Below the pieces are notes generated by a model, which had not been told where the DNA came from, ran no database searches, and worked only from the letters and a program-made list of their open reading frames with translations. The translations under genes and the position numbers were made by a program. Shown one piece after another: positions 19,703-30,199 of a stretch of DNA of 64,000 nucleotides; position 1 is the first letter of the stretch, and every line of letters begins with the position of its first letter. This stretch comes from Cyanobacteria bacterium P01_A01_bin.123 (GTDB lineage: Bacteria > Cyanobacteriota > Cyanobacteriia > Phormidesmidales > Phormidesmidaceae): NCBI GenBank assembly GCA_039815185.1, contig JBCBZT010000009.1, positions 64,001 through 128,000 on the forward strand, written 5' to 3'.

Positions 19703-20623
19703 TTAGGCCGCCTGCGTTGCTGCGGTCTGTTCGGTAACCAGATGTTTATAGGCGTCAATCAGACGCGTCGTGATCGGGCCAAACGGTTCAAACTGAACTT
19801 GATCAACCCGACTAACCGACTCAATTTCACAGGTGGTACCCGTTAGAAACACCTCTTGAGCCTGGGCCAGTTCTTCCAGTTTGATTTGACGCTCGAAAAC
19901 TGGGATACCTAGTTTTTCAGCCAGTTTAATGATGGTTTGCCGAGTAATGCCGTTTAAGAAACAATCCGGTATTGGCGTCAGCAACGCCCCATCAATCACC
20001 AGAAATACATTGGATGTTGTCGATTCTGCAACCAGCCCTCGATAGTCCAGCATGAGGGCGTCATCAAACCCTTGTTTGATGGCTTCATCCTTGCTCATAG
20101 TACAGATCGGGTAGAGGCAGGCGGCTTTGCTAACCGTCGGTGCCGTCGTTGGATCCGGTTTGCGCCAGGTGACCTGACTGGTGAGTTTCAGTGGCTTTTT
20201 GGCGGTATTGGTAAACAGCGTTGTGGGGAATGACCAGGCGGCAATGCCGAGGCAAATGGCGGTATCGGGTGCATAGACTCGCAACTTTTCACTGCCCCGC
20301 CAGGCAAAGTGGCGAATGTAGCCCACCTCGATAGGGTCTTTGTCCAACAGATCGTAGGTGGCCCCGACAATAGCGTCTGTCGAATACGGAATCTCAAAGC
20401 CAAGGATATTTGCCGACTGATGCAAGCGCTGAAGATGCTCGCTCAGTAAAAACGGTTTGCCATTATAAATACGGATCCCTTCAAACACACTGCTGGCGTA
20501 GTGCAACCCGTGGGTCAGCGGGTGAATTGCGGCGTCTTTCCAAACGGTAATGTTGCCATTCAGCCACAAAAATCCCTCTTTTTGATCAAACGGTAGTAGG
20601 GACATAAAAACTTCCGATGCCAT
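19703..20623 (-). CDS. Class IV PLP aminotransferase (IlvE-like fold)
   Basis: HGLHYASSVFEGIR, SKAACLY (PLP lysine), DDALMLD, CFLNGITR, EVFLTGT. Confidence 0.88.
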   Translation of the reverse strand: MASEVFMSLLPFDQKEGFLWLNGNITVWKDAAIHPLTHGLHYASSVFEGIRIYNGKPFLLSEHLQRLHQSANILGFEIPYSTDAIVGATYDLLDKDPIEVGYIRHFAWRGSEKLRVYAPDTAICLGIAAWSFPTTLFTNTAKKPLKLTSQVTWRKPDPTTAPTVSKAACLYPICTMSKDEAIKQGFDDALMLDYRGLVAESTTSNVFLVIDGALLTPIPDCFLNGITRQTIIKLAEKLGIPVFERQIKLEELAQAQEVFLTGTTCEIESVSRVDQVQFEPFGPITTRLIDAYKHLVTEQTAATQAA

Positions 20624-20683
20624 CGAGATCTGTACACACCAAAACTCAAAGGGAGAAGGAATGAGGGAATATTCCTACCTCCC

Positions 20684-21556
20684 CTAATCCCGCAACAGCT
20701 CATTAATAGAGGTTTTGGAACGCGTTTTGTCATCAACCGTTTTCACAATAACATTGCAGTATAGGCTGGGGCCGGGGGAACCATCTGGCAGCGGTTTGCC
20801 GGGTAATGTGCCGGGCACGACAACGGCATAGGGCGGAATCTCGCCGTAGAAAATCTCACCCGTCGCACGATTCACAATTTTTGTGGATTGGCTGAGGTAA
20901 ACGCCAATGGCAAGCACTGCCCCCTCGCGCACAATCACGCCTTCGGACACTTCGCTTTGCCCACCGACAAATACATTGTCTTCAATGATGACGGGGTTAG
21001 CCTGTAGCGGTTCAAGCACCCCCCCAATCACAACACCCGCAGACAGGTGACACCCTTTGCCGATTTGGGCGCAGGAACCAACAGTCACGTAGCTATCAAC
21101 CATGGTGTCGGTATCGACATAGGCGCCAACGTTGACAAAGCTGGGCATCAACACAACATTGCTTGCCACGTAGGAACCCCGGCGCACCACACAATTGGGC
21201 ACTGCCCTAAACCCGGCATGGGCATAGTCAGCTTGGGTCCAGCCCGAAAACTTGGAGGGCACTTTGTCAAACCACGGTGCATCCCCCAGTTTGGGATCTT
21301 TCAGGCCACTGGCAATGATGGCCGAGTCGTTTAACCGGAAGGATAACAACACGGCCTTTTTGAGCCACTGATTGACAACCCAGTCGTTGCCCGATTTCTC
21401 GGCAACGCGATACTGACCGCTGTCGAGACCGCTGACAGCGGCTTCAATCGCATCACGCGTTTCGCCTGATGTTTCGGCGCTGATGGTGCTGCGGTTTTCC
21501 CAAGCTGTATCAATAATGTTGATCAGGCTTTGCGTGTTCGTAGCTTCTGTGCCCAT
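20684..21556 (-). CDS. dapD: Tetrahydrodipicolinate N-succinyltransferase
   Basis: [59 protein letters not shown]. Confidence 0.95.
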   Translation of the reverse strand: MGTEATNTQSLINIIDTAWENRSTISAETSGETRDAIEAAVSGLDSGQYRVAEKSGNDWVVNQWLKKAVLLSFRLNDSAIIASGLKDPKLGDAPWFDKVPSKFSGWTQADYAHAGFRAVPNCVVRRGSYVASNVVLMPSFVNVGAYVDTDTMVDSYVTVGSCAQIGKGCHLSAGVVIGGVLEPLQANPVIIEDNVFVGGQSEVSEGVIVREGAVLAIGVYLSQSTKIVNRATGEIFYGEIPPYAVVVPGTLPGKPLPDGSPGPSLYCNVIVKTVDDKTRSKTSINELLRD

Positions 21557-21753
21557 TAATCTTATGCTGTTTACCCGTGCAAACCGAGAGATGTCAATCT
21601 TTAAGATGGTATCGCTAACGGGGAGTCGGGGGAAGGGGCTGCGATCGCTCATCAAAGCCGCAATATCGAGAAAACATACGGTGGATTGGGCTAGCTACAG
21701 AAGATTGGGTTAGCTACAGAATAAGACGGCTTGAATTTTCTGCGCCATTAGGC

Positions 21754-22659
21754 TCATCCTTGTCCAAACAACAACCAAACGCCCCCCAAAGCCACCAAAA
21801 CCCCTAAGATGGCTCGCAAACTAATGCGATCGCCCATCAACGCCGCAATCGGCAACACAAACAGCGGACTTGTTGCCGCCAACGCCTGGGCGATGCCCGT
21901 CGCCGCATATTTCAACGCAGTCTGCTGCAACCAAATCGCCAAATAAGTGCCCAAAACCGCCGCTACAAGTATCACCGCGACCAGTCGCAATGACCGCAAG
22001 GGTTGAAAATCAGCGTTTAGCCTGCCCCGCCACAGCAATATCCCCAACAGTACGGCAATTCCCCCGGCTAACCGCAGTAGCGTACTCCACAATGGATCAA
22101 CAGCGGTCTCAGCCAATGCTGCCCGCGACAGCACTGCCCCTATCGCCTGACCCATAGCCGCCAGTAACCCGAAGACGATCCCCTGCAACGACCGGGGGCG
22201 ATCGCCAAGTACCGCTGGCACCCGTTCTGAAATCACCCAGCCGACCCCGGTCAACGTTAACGCAATCCCTGCCCAGGTGTTAAGTGATAGGGTCTCACCT
22301 AAGAAAATACCCGCTAAAAATGCCGCAATCGGTGGGGCCAAAGACTCCATTAACAACACTCGACGGGGGCCTAGCTGATTTAATGCTGCAAAGTAGGCTG
22401 TGTCTCCCAGGCCAATGCCAATGGCCCCGCTGAGTAACAACAGCATCATGGTATTGCCATCTATCCCGACCGGACGGTTACTTTGCAGCCATAGGGTGAG
22501 CAAAATGAATGCGATCGCAAAGCAGCCTTTTGCAAAATTCAGCACTGAGGGAATGAGATGTCGTCCCAGTTTGCCAAAAATCACCGTCGAAACTGCCCAC
22601 AAAAAAGCGGCTGTCAACGCCGCAATTTCTCCCCGAAATGCCACAAATGGTTCAGCCAA
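21754..22659 (-). CDS. DMT (EamA) family transporter
   Basis: About ten TM segments in two repeats; GIGLGDTAYF. Confidence 0.85.
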   Translation of the reverse strand: MAEPFVAFRGEIAALTAAFLWAVSTVIFGKLGRHLIPSVLNFAKGCFAIAFILLTLWLQSNRPVGIDGNTMMLLLLSGAIGIGLGDTAYFAALNQLGPRRVLLMESLAPPIAAFLAGIFLGETLSLNTWAGIALTLTGVGWVISERVPAVLGDRPRSLQGIVFGLLAAMGQAIGAVLSRAALAETAVDPLWSTLLRLAGGIAVLLGILLWRGRLNADFQPLRSLRLVAVILVAAVLGTYLAIWLQQTALKYAATGIAQALAATSPLFVLPIAALMGDRISLRAILGVLVALGGVWLLFGQG

Positions 22660-22926
22660 CTGAGCGACTCCTGCTTGATTTCCCTTTAGATATTTTCATG
22701 TGCCCCCTCGATCCGACAAACTACAGTGGATGAAGACTAATTGCCATTGGGCGATTGCACGGCTAACAATTTTGGGTTTTAGACTTCGTCGTGAGCGTTC
22801 AGCCGCCCCAGAGGGGCTACGATTTGCGATGTCGAGATAGATCAGCATTAAATTTTCAACAACTTACGGCTAGGACACTATTAGGCGTCTGTAGCATTGG
22901 GAAGTAACTCCGTTGGAGCGTTGACA

Positions 22927-23487
22927 ATGGATTTCCCTATTCGTTCGAATCGACTCTATTTTGCTGTGTTGTCAGTCGTATTCTCATTGGTTGGCATTAA
23001 GTCTGCGGCTGCCACAGAATCCTTTCACCCAACTCCGTTATCCTCCGATGCTCAATTCAAGGCATCACTGATCGCTCAAGAAGCCTGTCCCCGCGAGTAT
23101 CAAGAACGTCAACCCTATGCCCGCGTGATCACTGAAGATGACCCGCTGTTAGTCCGGGCGACACCAAATGGAAGCGTTATCGGTGCGATTCCTAAGGGGT
23201 GGGCAGTCGTCACCCTAGAGCTTAACAGTAATGGTCAGTGGATACGCATCACCAGTCACTGGGGTGAGGTAACCGAGTCTGATGGCACGCTTTTTGGCAG
23301 CGCTCCTGATTTCCGGAGTGGTTGGGTAGCAACCCGCTATCTAGAAGATTTGGGCGAATTTTGCGAAAAGCCGATGGCCATGTTGGAAAGTTCTCTCGCT
23401 GCAAGTGCCCAGGCTCAGCAATACATTGCCAATGAAGACTGGCTGCGATTGGGCGATCGCATTGCGTTAGTCCAACCCCAAGCCTAG
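22927..23487 (+). CDS. Secreted protein with bacterial SH3-like domain
   Basis: Signal peptide; DPLLVRATPNGSVIG...GQWIRI...GWVATRYL. Confidence 0.65.
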   Translation: MDFPIRSNRLYFAVLSVVFSLVGIKSAAATESFHPTPLSSDAQFKASLIAQEACPREYQERQPYARVITEDDPLLVRATPNGSVIGAIPKGWAVVTLELNSNGQWIRITSHWGEVTESDGTLFGSAPDFRSGWVATRYLEDLGEFCEKPMAMLESSLAASAQAQQYIANEDWLRLGDRIALVQPQA

Positions 23488-23490
23488 GCC

Positions 23491-25725
23491 ATGGCAAATC
23501 GGTCTATTGCTTACCATGAAAGCCGACTGGCGGCGATTCTGCGAGCGGCAGCAAAAGCTCCAGGTAATCGAGCCCGGTTTCAATCCGCAGGGCTGATGGT
23601 GCCGAGTTCAGGTTCTGGTATGGAACTGGTGACGGATTGGATGCAAAAGTTTAATGCCCTCGAACCGTTATCTAAAGCAACGGTTCGACGCAACCCTGGG
23701 GCGTTTTTAGCTGGGGTGTCTGATATTGTCTATCGCGGCAGCACCAGTGGTAGCCAAGACCGGGCCTATATTTACTTCGCAGATCAGCTCTGGAACCAGC
23801 AGCGGCAATGGTCTCGGGATCATTTTTTATCCTGGTGGGGTATTGATCAGCACACGCCCATTGTGACGGTAGCCAGTCGGTTACAGCCGACACGGTTAGG
23901 AGACCTTGCAATTGTAGGCCCCATTAATGCCACCCTAATTGATCGGCTGATGGCGGCGCTATCGGGGGATAAACCTGTGGCCCTGCGGGGGTATCCCAGT
24001 CGATTGGTCGAAGTCGCGAGTTTGTTAGTGGGGAAACCGTTGCCCGCGATCGCAGCTGTCATTTGTACGGGGGAACTGCTCTTTGATCAACAGCAGACTC
24101 TACTAGCGCGGGTCTTCAACGCCCCTGTGATCAACGAGTATGGCTGCCAGGAAACCGGCATCTTTGCCATGACTTGCCCAGAGCAGGGGCGACTCCACTT
24201 AGACGATGAACGCTGTTTTTATGAAGTGATTGGGGGTCATTTAGTCACAACCGATTTGTGGAACGAAACTATGCCCTTGGTGCGTTATCAATGCGGCGAT
24301 ACTCTCATCCTCCACGAAGACGCTTGTCCCTGCGGACGCCCTAGTCTGACGGTAACCCTACTGGGTCGAACAGACGATCAGATTCAAACCATGGCAGGGG
24401 CGGTACCCATCGGTAGTGTCGCCATGCCTGCGATACCGGGACTGTTGAGTTACCGGGTGCAGCGCCAAACAGCAGATAGCATCACTGTCTGGGTACGCCC
24501 CGATCCAGAAACGCCTCAGTTTTCGCCCCAACCCCTAGAGCATTGGGTCAAGACGACGCTGGGTGATCTGGCCGTTGATCTGCTGATTGAAGAAGACGCC
24601 CCCCGTAATGAAATCACCGAAGGCATTCGGTGGGATAGCGAAACCTGGTTTCGAGCTGTCACCCAAGGGCAGATGGGGAGTCGCTTAGCCATGAATCCTC
24701 TGCCGCACGGGGATGGCCAGGAAACGGCCCGTGTGTTGGTTGAGTTGTTAAATCCGGCTGTGATTGCAGTCGGGGCGCTACCCCCATCAACTCAGGCGCT
24801 GGTTGATCATCTGGCCCAAAGCCCCGTCATCGGTAATGTGGCCATTGAGCAGATGAAGAATCGGGTGCTGCTGTTAGCGAGTAGCTGTATGGCCAATGGC
24901 AGTCGCGCCCAAGCCCTCTACGACCGAGCGGTTGAACGACTGAGCATGTTGGGCGTACCTATGCCTGCGTCGATACAAACAGACCTGCTGATTCCCACGT
25001 TGCATTTACCGTCTACATCAGCCAGAGCGATTTGGTCTCGGGTGATGACGCTACATACCTCGGTACAGCTAGATCGGTTCAACGTTCATCATCTGCTAGC
25101 GGCGTTTGAAGGGGCGTTAAAGGTGCGATCGCCCCAGGATCGGGCGCCCTTAGCGCGATCGCTGTCGCCTGTGCTAGCGGTTCTGGTTGGGGATTTGACG
25201 TTTTGGGCACCCCAGTTTAGCTACGGCATCTTGGCCCACTGGGTAGAATTGATGCAGGGGCTTGATTTGCTGGAGCCGATCAAGCAGCCTCAGAACTTTG
25301 CCCAGGTTTGGCAAAATTGGCGTTGGAGTCTCCATCGGGGACGGTCGGATAGTGCTGAATGGTTGACTGAATTGAAAGCTAGGGCAAAATCGTCTGAAGA
25401 GAAAACGCGCTGTCAAATTGAGCAGGGCTACAAGGCTACGGCCAGCAGACACCCCTTGAACCCTAGTCCCTGGCTTGAGCGGATTGAAACCCATGCTCAA
25501 GTTCCGCTTAGTTCCCTTGAGCAAGATAAACCATCTGCCGATTTAACCTCCTGGATGCCGATTGTGCGTGCCCTGGTGGAACCGCTCTATGAAGATCAGC
25601 AGCCTGAACTGGCTTATCGCTGTTTGGTAGCTGCCTCGGTTGCGTCTCGACAGGGTTCGGCTTTTGATCGGCTAACGGAGACTGTTAACCGTAAGCAAGC
25701 GGTTTTGAAGGATTATTGTCATTAA
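23491..25725 (+). CDS. Phenylacetate-CoA ligase/CapK-like adenylating enzyme with a long unassigned C-terminal region
   Basis: STSGS, NEYGCQE, MPLVRYQCGD, CPCGR, GRTDD. Confidence 0.75.
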   Translation: MANRSIAYHESRLAAILRAAAKAPGNRARFQSAGLMVPSSGSGMELVTDWMQKFNALEPLSKATVRRNPGAFLAGVSDIVYRGSTSGSQDRAYIYFADQLWNQQRQWSRDHFLSWWGIDQHTPIVTVASRLQPTRLGDLAIVGPINATLIDRLMAALSGDKPVALRGYPSRLVEVASLLVGKPLPAIAAVICTGELLFDQQQTLLARVFNAPVINEYGCQETGIFAMTCPEQGRLHLDDERCFYEVIGGHLVTTDLWNETMPLVRYQCGDTLILHEDACPCGRPSLTVTLLGRTDDQIQTMAGAVPIGSVAMPAIPGLLSYRVQRQTADSITVWVRPDPETPQFSPQPLEHWVKTTLGDLAVDLLIEEDAPRNEITEGIRWDSETWFRAVTQGQMGSRLAMNPLPHGDGQETARVLVELLNPAVIAVGALPPSTQALVDHLAQSPVIGNVAIEQMKNRVLLLASSCMANGSRAQALYDRAVERLSMLGVPMPASIQTDLLIPTLHLPSTSARAIWSRVMTLHTSVQLDRFNVHHLLAAFEGALKVRSPQDRAPLARSLSPVLAVLVGDLTFWAPQFSYGILAHWVELMQGLDLLEPIKQPQNFAQVWQNWRWSLHRGRSDSAEWLTELKARAKSSEEKTRCQIEQGYKATASRHPLNPSPWLERIETHAQVPLSSLEQDKPSADLTSWMPIVRALVEPLYEDQQPELAYRCLVAASVASRQGSAFDRLTETVNRKQAVLKDYCH

Positions 25726-25864
25726 GCAAAGCTCTTTTGCCAGCACGATCGCTTGCCCTTGTAGATCGGATTGAAGGATGAAACCCGGCTCAATAACGTT
25801 TGTAGACTGCACATTTGTAGACTGCACAACTGTTAAAGATATAGATACGAAATTACCTTAATTG

Positions 25865-25915
25865 ATGGGTTACCCTTCGAGAAGGCAAAGCCTACGTTCC
25901 TCAACTCACCCTACG
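25865..25915 (-). repeat. GTAG-type REP-like repeat with a probable small nested insertion
   Basis: Minus strand GTAGGGTGAGTTGAGGAACG[TAGGCTTTGCCTTCTCGAAGGG]TAACCCAT. Confidence 0.4.
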
Positions 25916-26897
25916 GCGAGGGGCGATCGCACTTACTTTCGACGTGAGCCAGATCGGTCGCGTGTCTCGCCAATGCCTCACGGGCAGTTTCCCAGACGGC
26001 ATCTTCGTCATAGAGAGCCGAATGTAGATAGGCCGCCGTCATCCGTTGGACAATGGCCAGACGGTCCGGGTTTTCGTCGCCGGTTTCCTTTGCATCATAT
26101 CCCGCGATCCCGCCAAGCCCGTGCATTCCGCCTATCAGCGTCAAAAGGCTGTCGCAGCCGGGGCCATCGCGATAGGCAGCGGTATACCATTCTGGCCCGC
26201 GCACAGTCATGAACGGGTTCGCATCCGCATCGCCGACAACCACGAGAGATTTCGTGATCAAATGCGAGTAATCTGGGTTCAGTTCCGTGAAGTTCTCACG
26301 TGCAAAGTCACTCAGTTCATCTCCGCCATTGCCGGGAGGGGCTAGGAGAACTCCGACCTTGATCCGGGGTTCGATCACGCTGACGTCGTGGTCGGCGTCT
26401 CGCCTGGAGTCCGTCAATCGTGCACCGAGCAACATACCGACTGTCTGCCCCCCCATCGAGTGACCAACTGCAGCGATCTTTCCATGATCCAACCGTCCTG
26501 AAAGAGTGGGAATCATCCGCTCGATTTCGGGCAGATTATCCAGAATCAGTTTCATCTCGTCGACCCGCGATCGCCAGAACAGCGGTGCGCCCGGAAGATC
26601 ATGAGACAGGCCTGCGACTTTCGAGTTGGCATGTGTGGGCTGAATCACTGCGAAGCCCTGTTCGGCATAGAAGTTTGCGAGCGGACCGTACCCATCCTTT
26701 GAGGGCAGATACAGGGACGGACCATCGCCGTGAGACAAGAGGATGATCGGGAGTTCGCCCCCCTCCAAAGGGGCCGTAATTCGCATTTCGAGCGGTTGTC
26801 CGCGTTGCGGTGCGGACAGCGTTACGGGACTGATCGAGATCGTTTGGCGGGTCTCACCAACCGGAAGGTGCCGCGACTTGTCGAGAAGTTTGTTCAT
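25911..26897 (-). CDS. Alpha/beta hydrolase (chlorophyllase-like)
   Basis: LPIILLSHG, GHSMGG, HGLGGIAGYD. Confidence 0.8.
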   Translation of the reverse strand: MNKLLDKSRHLPVGETRQTISISPVTLSAPQRGQPLEMRITAPLEGGELPIILLSHGDGPSLYLPSKDGYGPLANFYAEQGFAVIQPTHANSKVAGLSHDLPGAPLFWRSRVDEMKLILDNLPEIERMIPTLSGRLDHGKIAAVGHSMGGQTVGMLLGARLTDSRRDADHDVSVIEPRIKVGVLLAPPGNGGDELSDFARENFTELNPDYSHLITKSLVVVGDADANPFMTVRGPEWYTAAYRDGPGCDSLLTLIGGMHGLGGIAGYDAKETGDENPDRLAIVQRMTAAYLHSALYDEDAVWETAREALARHATDLAHVESKCDRPSP

Positions 26898-27052
26898 TCT
26901 TCACTCCGAAAAGATGTTGGAAGGCTACATTGGACGGGAGCGCGTCAAGATTTTGTCAGAGAAGAAGATAATTATTTGATTGGTTTTCAATGATTTTTGT
27001 TGGGTTATGCTGTCGCCAATCCAACCTGCGAAGCGAGCAGTCGCATTAAAAA

Positions 27053-27655
27053 TCAATTTTGTTCAGCTTCGGTTTTCCACTGCGTCTCAGGCACACGCCA
27101 ATACTGACTCGCTTCCCGCTGCATCATATTGTATCCAACCAGCTCCCGGCGCAGCGTCGCCACATCTGGGTGAAACTGCTTCAGCAACTGATTCACCGCT
27201 TTCTCTGGGTAGTGCCGATCTTCGTCAAACTGATTCACCAACCACTTCAAGACTACCCAACGCTTCTTACGACTCGCAGGTAACTCCCGCAGGCGACCCC
27301 CATCAAAATAGCTGCGCAGGACTTTTGTCTCCCACGCATCCATATCTAAATCTGCCGTCAGCCCCGCCATCTGCTCAGACGTGAACATTGCCTTGCTCAT
27401 CGACTGCAACACCTCCTGATTGAGCCGATAAAAATGCGTGTTCTTATCCTGCCGCATCTCCACGAGATCAAGTTGCTTGAGCTTCGCCAAATGGTGAGAA
27501 ACCGTCGGCTCCTTAAGTTGCAACAGAACCGCCATTTCCTCCACACTATGCTCCTGCTGTGCCAGCAGCCCCACCAACTTCAAGCGGCTTTCATTCGCCA
27601 AAGCTTTAAAGAACGCCAACAGCGTCTCAAATTGCGGCACCGTCATCGCTAACAT
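27053..27655 (-). CDS. ArsR/SmtB HTH regulator with DUF2087-like C-terminal domain
   Basis: FKALANESRL, TVSHHLAKL; PASRKKR...YPEKAVN...HPDVATLRRELV. Confidence 0.85.
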   Translation of the reverse strand: MLAMTVPQFETLLAFFKALANESRLKLVGLLAQQEHSVEEMAVLLQLKEPTVSHHLAKLKQLDLVEMRQDKNTHFYRLNQEVLQSMSKAMFTSEQMAGLTADLDMDAWETKVLRSYFDGGRLRELPASRKKRWVVLKWLVNQFDEDRHYPEKAVNQLLKQFHPDVATLRRELVGYNMMQREASQYWRVPETQWKTEAEQN

Positions 27656-27665
27656 CACTCACCCC

Positions 27666-27709
27666 TTTTAATTAGATTGGGATCTAATTAGATTTATATC
27701 TAATTAGAT
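27666..27709. promoter_or_regulatory. Triple palindromic operator, likely ArsR autoregulation
   Basis: ATCTAATTAGAT at 27682 and 27698 plus a degenerate TTTTAATTAGAT at 27666; 16-bp period. Confidence 0.65.
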
Positions 27710-28038
27710 TAGAGGCGTCAACAACCCGCCAGCAGTCTCGCCATCAAAATAGCGCCGCAGAACTAGAACGCCTGTCGGGTAGGTAGAGACACCTGGATAA
27801 CGTTGAAAATTGCTTAATGACTCTGCCTGCTTCTGCTTTGACTGGATAGGATGAAGATGTCTTCAACCCAGAGGATCCTATGGTTCACACTCAAGAGAAC
27901 AGGATTTTACGCCGGTCATGCCCCTAAATTTGCCGTGGGTTTCAAAGCAAGCCTGTGGGGCGATCGCCTCTCCTCGGAGTCTAGCCGTTAATGCGATCGC
28001 TAAAAAAAATCTGGATTCGTGTTTTTGAGTAAAGATAG

Positions 28039-28845
28039 GTGCAGAAATTGATCACATATCATACTTACAAACCCAATAAGTACTTATCGAATTTTGTTAA
28101 ATATTATTGGCAGCTTGAACTTAATTCAAACTTGCAAACAGCTCATGCCGAAAGGGTGATTCCCTCTGGCGAACTGCAAATAATATTTCACTACAGAACC
28201 CCGTTTAGAGAAATTAGCAAGCACAATCAAAGCCTCATCCAGCCACAGTGCTTGATTTGTGGACAGCAAACGGAATATAAAGACGTCATCACTGCACCGG
28301 GCTCGGTGGGAATGCTTGCTGTCGTATTTTACCCCTATGCACTCAGCGCTTTTTTCCCAAATCCGGTTAGTGAATTTACTAATCAAAGTATTGCCCTGGA
28401 TAATTTCTTTCAATCAGAAACTAAAGAACTTCAGGAACGTATTATCGAGGCTGATGATATTCGTTTACGCATTCTGCTAGTCGAAAACTTCTTGCTTAAT
28501 AGATTATCTATACCTAATCGCTTCTCTATTGCCAGGGAAGCCGTTAATATGATTGCCGGAGCAAACGGACAAATTACTATTAGTGAAGCAGCTCGCAAGC
28601 TAAATATCAGTAAACGGCAGTTCGAAAGAATATTTTTGGAAAATGTCGGGGTGTCGCCAAAGAAGTTTGGTCGTATTATCAGGTTGAATACCGCCATCAA
28701 ACTTTTCAAGAGGGCTGACTCTTTAACAACGCTTACCTATGAGGCTGGATATTTTGATCCATCCCATTTGATTCGCGACTTCAGAGAATTTACCGGTTTG
28801 TCTCCCAAAGCGTTTTTTAGATTCCCTTGCCAGATACCAGAATAA
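28039..28845 (+). CDS. AraC-family regulator (DUF6597-like N-terminus)
   Basis: YVKYYW-type N-terminus (FVKYYW), SKRQFERIF..VGVSPK, GYFDPSHLIRDFREFTG. Confidence 0.85.
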   Translation: MQKLITYHTYKPNKYLSNFVKYYWQLELNSNLQTAHAERVIPSGELQIIFHYRTPFREISKHNQSLIQPQCLICGQQTEYKDVITAPGSVGMLAVVFYPYALSAFFPNPVSEFTNQSIALDNFFQSETKELQERIIEADDIRLRILLVENFLLNRLSIPNRFSIAREAVNMIAGANGQITISEAARKLNISKRQFERIFLENVGVSPKKFGRIIRLNTAIKLFKRADSLTTLTYEAGYFDPSHLIRDFREFTGLSPKAFFRFPCQIPE

Positions 28846-28922
28846 CGTCGCGTTCTTACAATTTTCTTTAGCAGGCTTGAGATACATTGCAGACATACGC
28901 CTCATCGACCAAGGATTATGTC

Positions 28923-30125
28923 ATGCGAATCAAAAATGAACTACTCAAGCAAATTAAACACCATATCTATGAATTATCTGTGAATATCGGCGAAAGGCCA
29001 ACCGGCTCAGCGGCAAATCACAGCGCAGAGAATTATATTAAGCAGGTCTTTGTCCAAAACGGGTTTCAGGTCAAATTACAGAGATTTAACTGCATCGATT
29101 GGGAGAAAAATGAAGCGACCTTAAACGTTGGGAATACTGAAGTGTCTGTTGAACCTTCACCATATTCGTTGCCCTGTGATATTCAAGCTGACATCGAGGT
29201 GATAGAAACCCTTTTTCAACTGGAGAAAGCTGATCTGGTGGACAAAATCGCTGTATTATGCGGTGAACTAACCCAAGAGTCACTAATGCCGAAAAACTTC
29301 AGGTTTTATAATCCTGAATACCATCAAAGAATCATTAATCTGCTTGAAGAAAAGACCCCTGCAGCAATACTAACGACTAGCTTGAATGACAACCACCTGA
29401 CGCCTGTATTTGAAGATGGTGACTTCAATATTCCATCTGCTGTATTTTTTGAAAATGATAAAGACAGGGTTAGACAAAGCGACTTGCCGATTCATTTAAA
29501 GATCAGCAGCAGCAGGCATAAAGCAGTCGGCGCGAATGTTATTGCTCGGAAAAATCAGACTAATGAAAATAAATTTGTTATCACTGCCCACTTTGATACT
29601 AAGCCAGGAACACCGGGTGCGCTGGATAACGCTGTAGGTGTTGCTGTATTGCTGACGCTATCAGAGATGTTGAAAGATACGATGCCGGTACATGTTGGCG
29701 TTGAACTAGTTGCTTTCAATGGTGAAGATTACTTCTCTATTCCGGGACAAATGGCTTATCTTGATACATACAGCAGTGAATTTAATAAGATTAAGCTTGC
29801 CATAAACTGCGATGGATTAGGATTGAAAAATAGTACAACGGGTGTATCTTTGATGGAATGTTCGGAAAATTATGTTGCCCATATTGAATCAATCAATCAG
29901 TCTTTTAGCAATATTGAAAAACTATCCCCTTGGTATCAAGGAGATCACATGCTATTTGCCTCGGCACAAGTCCCGACCCTTGCGATAACGTCCACCGGAA
30001 TATTTGAGCTGATGGATACTATTATCCATACCCAGAACGATAAACTAAACTTGGTTGATCCAGAATTGATTGGTGAAGTTTGCCTCTTCTTACAGCAGAT
30101 TATAAATTCGAGCAATTTAGACTAA
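28923..30125 (+). CDS. M28 family metallopeptidase
   Basis: IGERPTGS, TAHFDT, GALDNAVG, FNGED, GDH, IHTQND. Confidence 0.85.
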   Translation: MRIKNELLKQIKHHIYELSVNIGERPTGSAANHSAENYIKQVFVQNGFQVKLQRFNCIDWEKNEATLNVGNTEVSVEPSPYSLPCDIQADIEVIETLFQLEKADLVDKIAVLCGELTQESLMPKNFRFYNPEYHQRIINLLEEKTPAAILTTSLNDNHLTPVFEDGDFNIPSAVFFENDKDRVRQSDLPIHLKISSSRHKAVGANVIARKNQTNENKFVITAHFDTKPGTPGALDNAVGVAVLLTLSEMLKDTMPVHVGVELVAFNGEDYFSIPGQMAYLDTYSSEFNKIKLAINCDGLGLKNSTTGVSLMECSENYVAHIESINQSFSNIEKLSPWYQGDHMLFASAQVPTLAITSTGIFELMDTIIHTQNDKLNLVDPELIGEVCLFLQQIINSSNLD

Positions 30126-30199
30126 CCCTTCAACACGTCTGTATTACCGTAATCTGTAATTGAAGGAAATTGGTATATAGGTTTCAGTTGAGTAGATTT

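Noticed and set aside
21557..21750. Lysine riboswitch upstream of dapD
   Set aside because: No recognisable lysine-riboswitch consensus; only a short 19-bp direct repeat.
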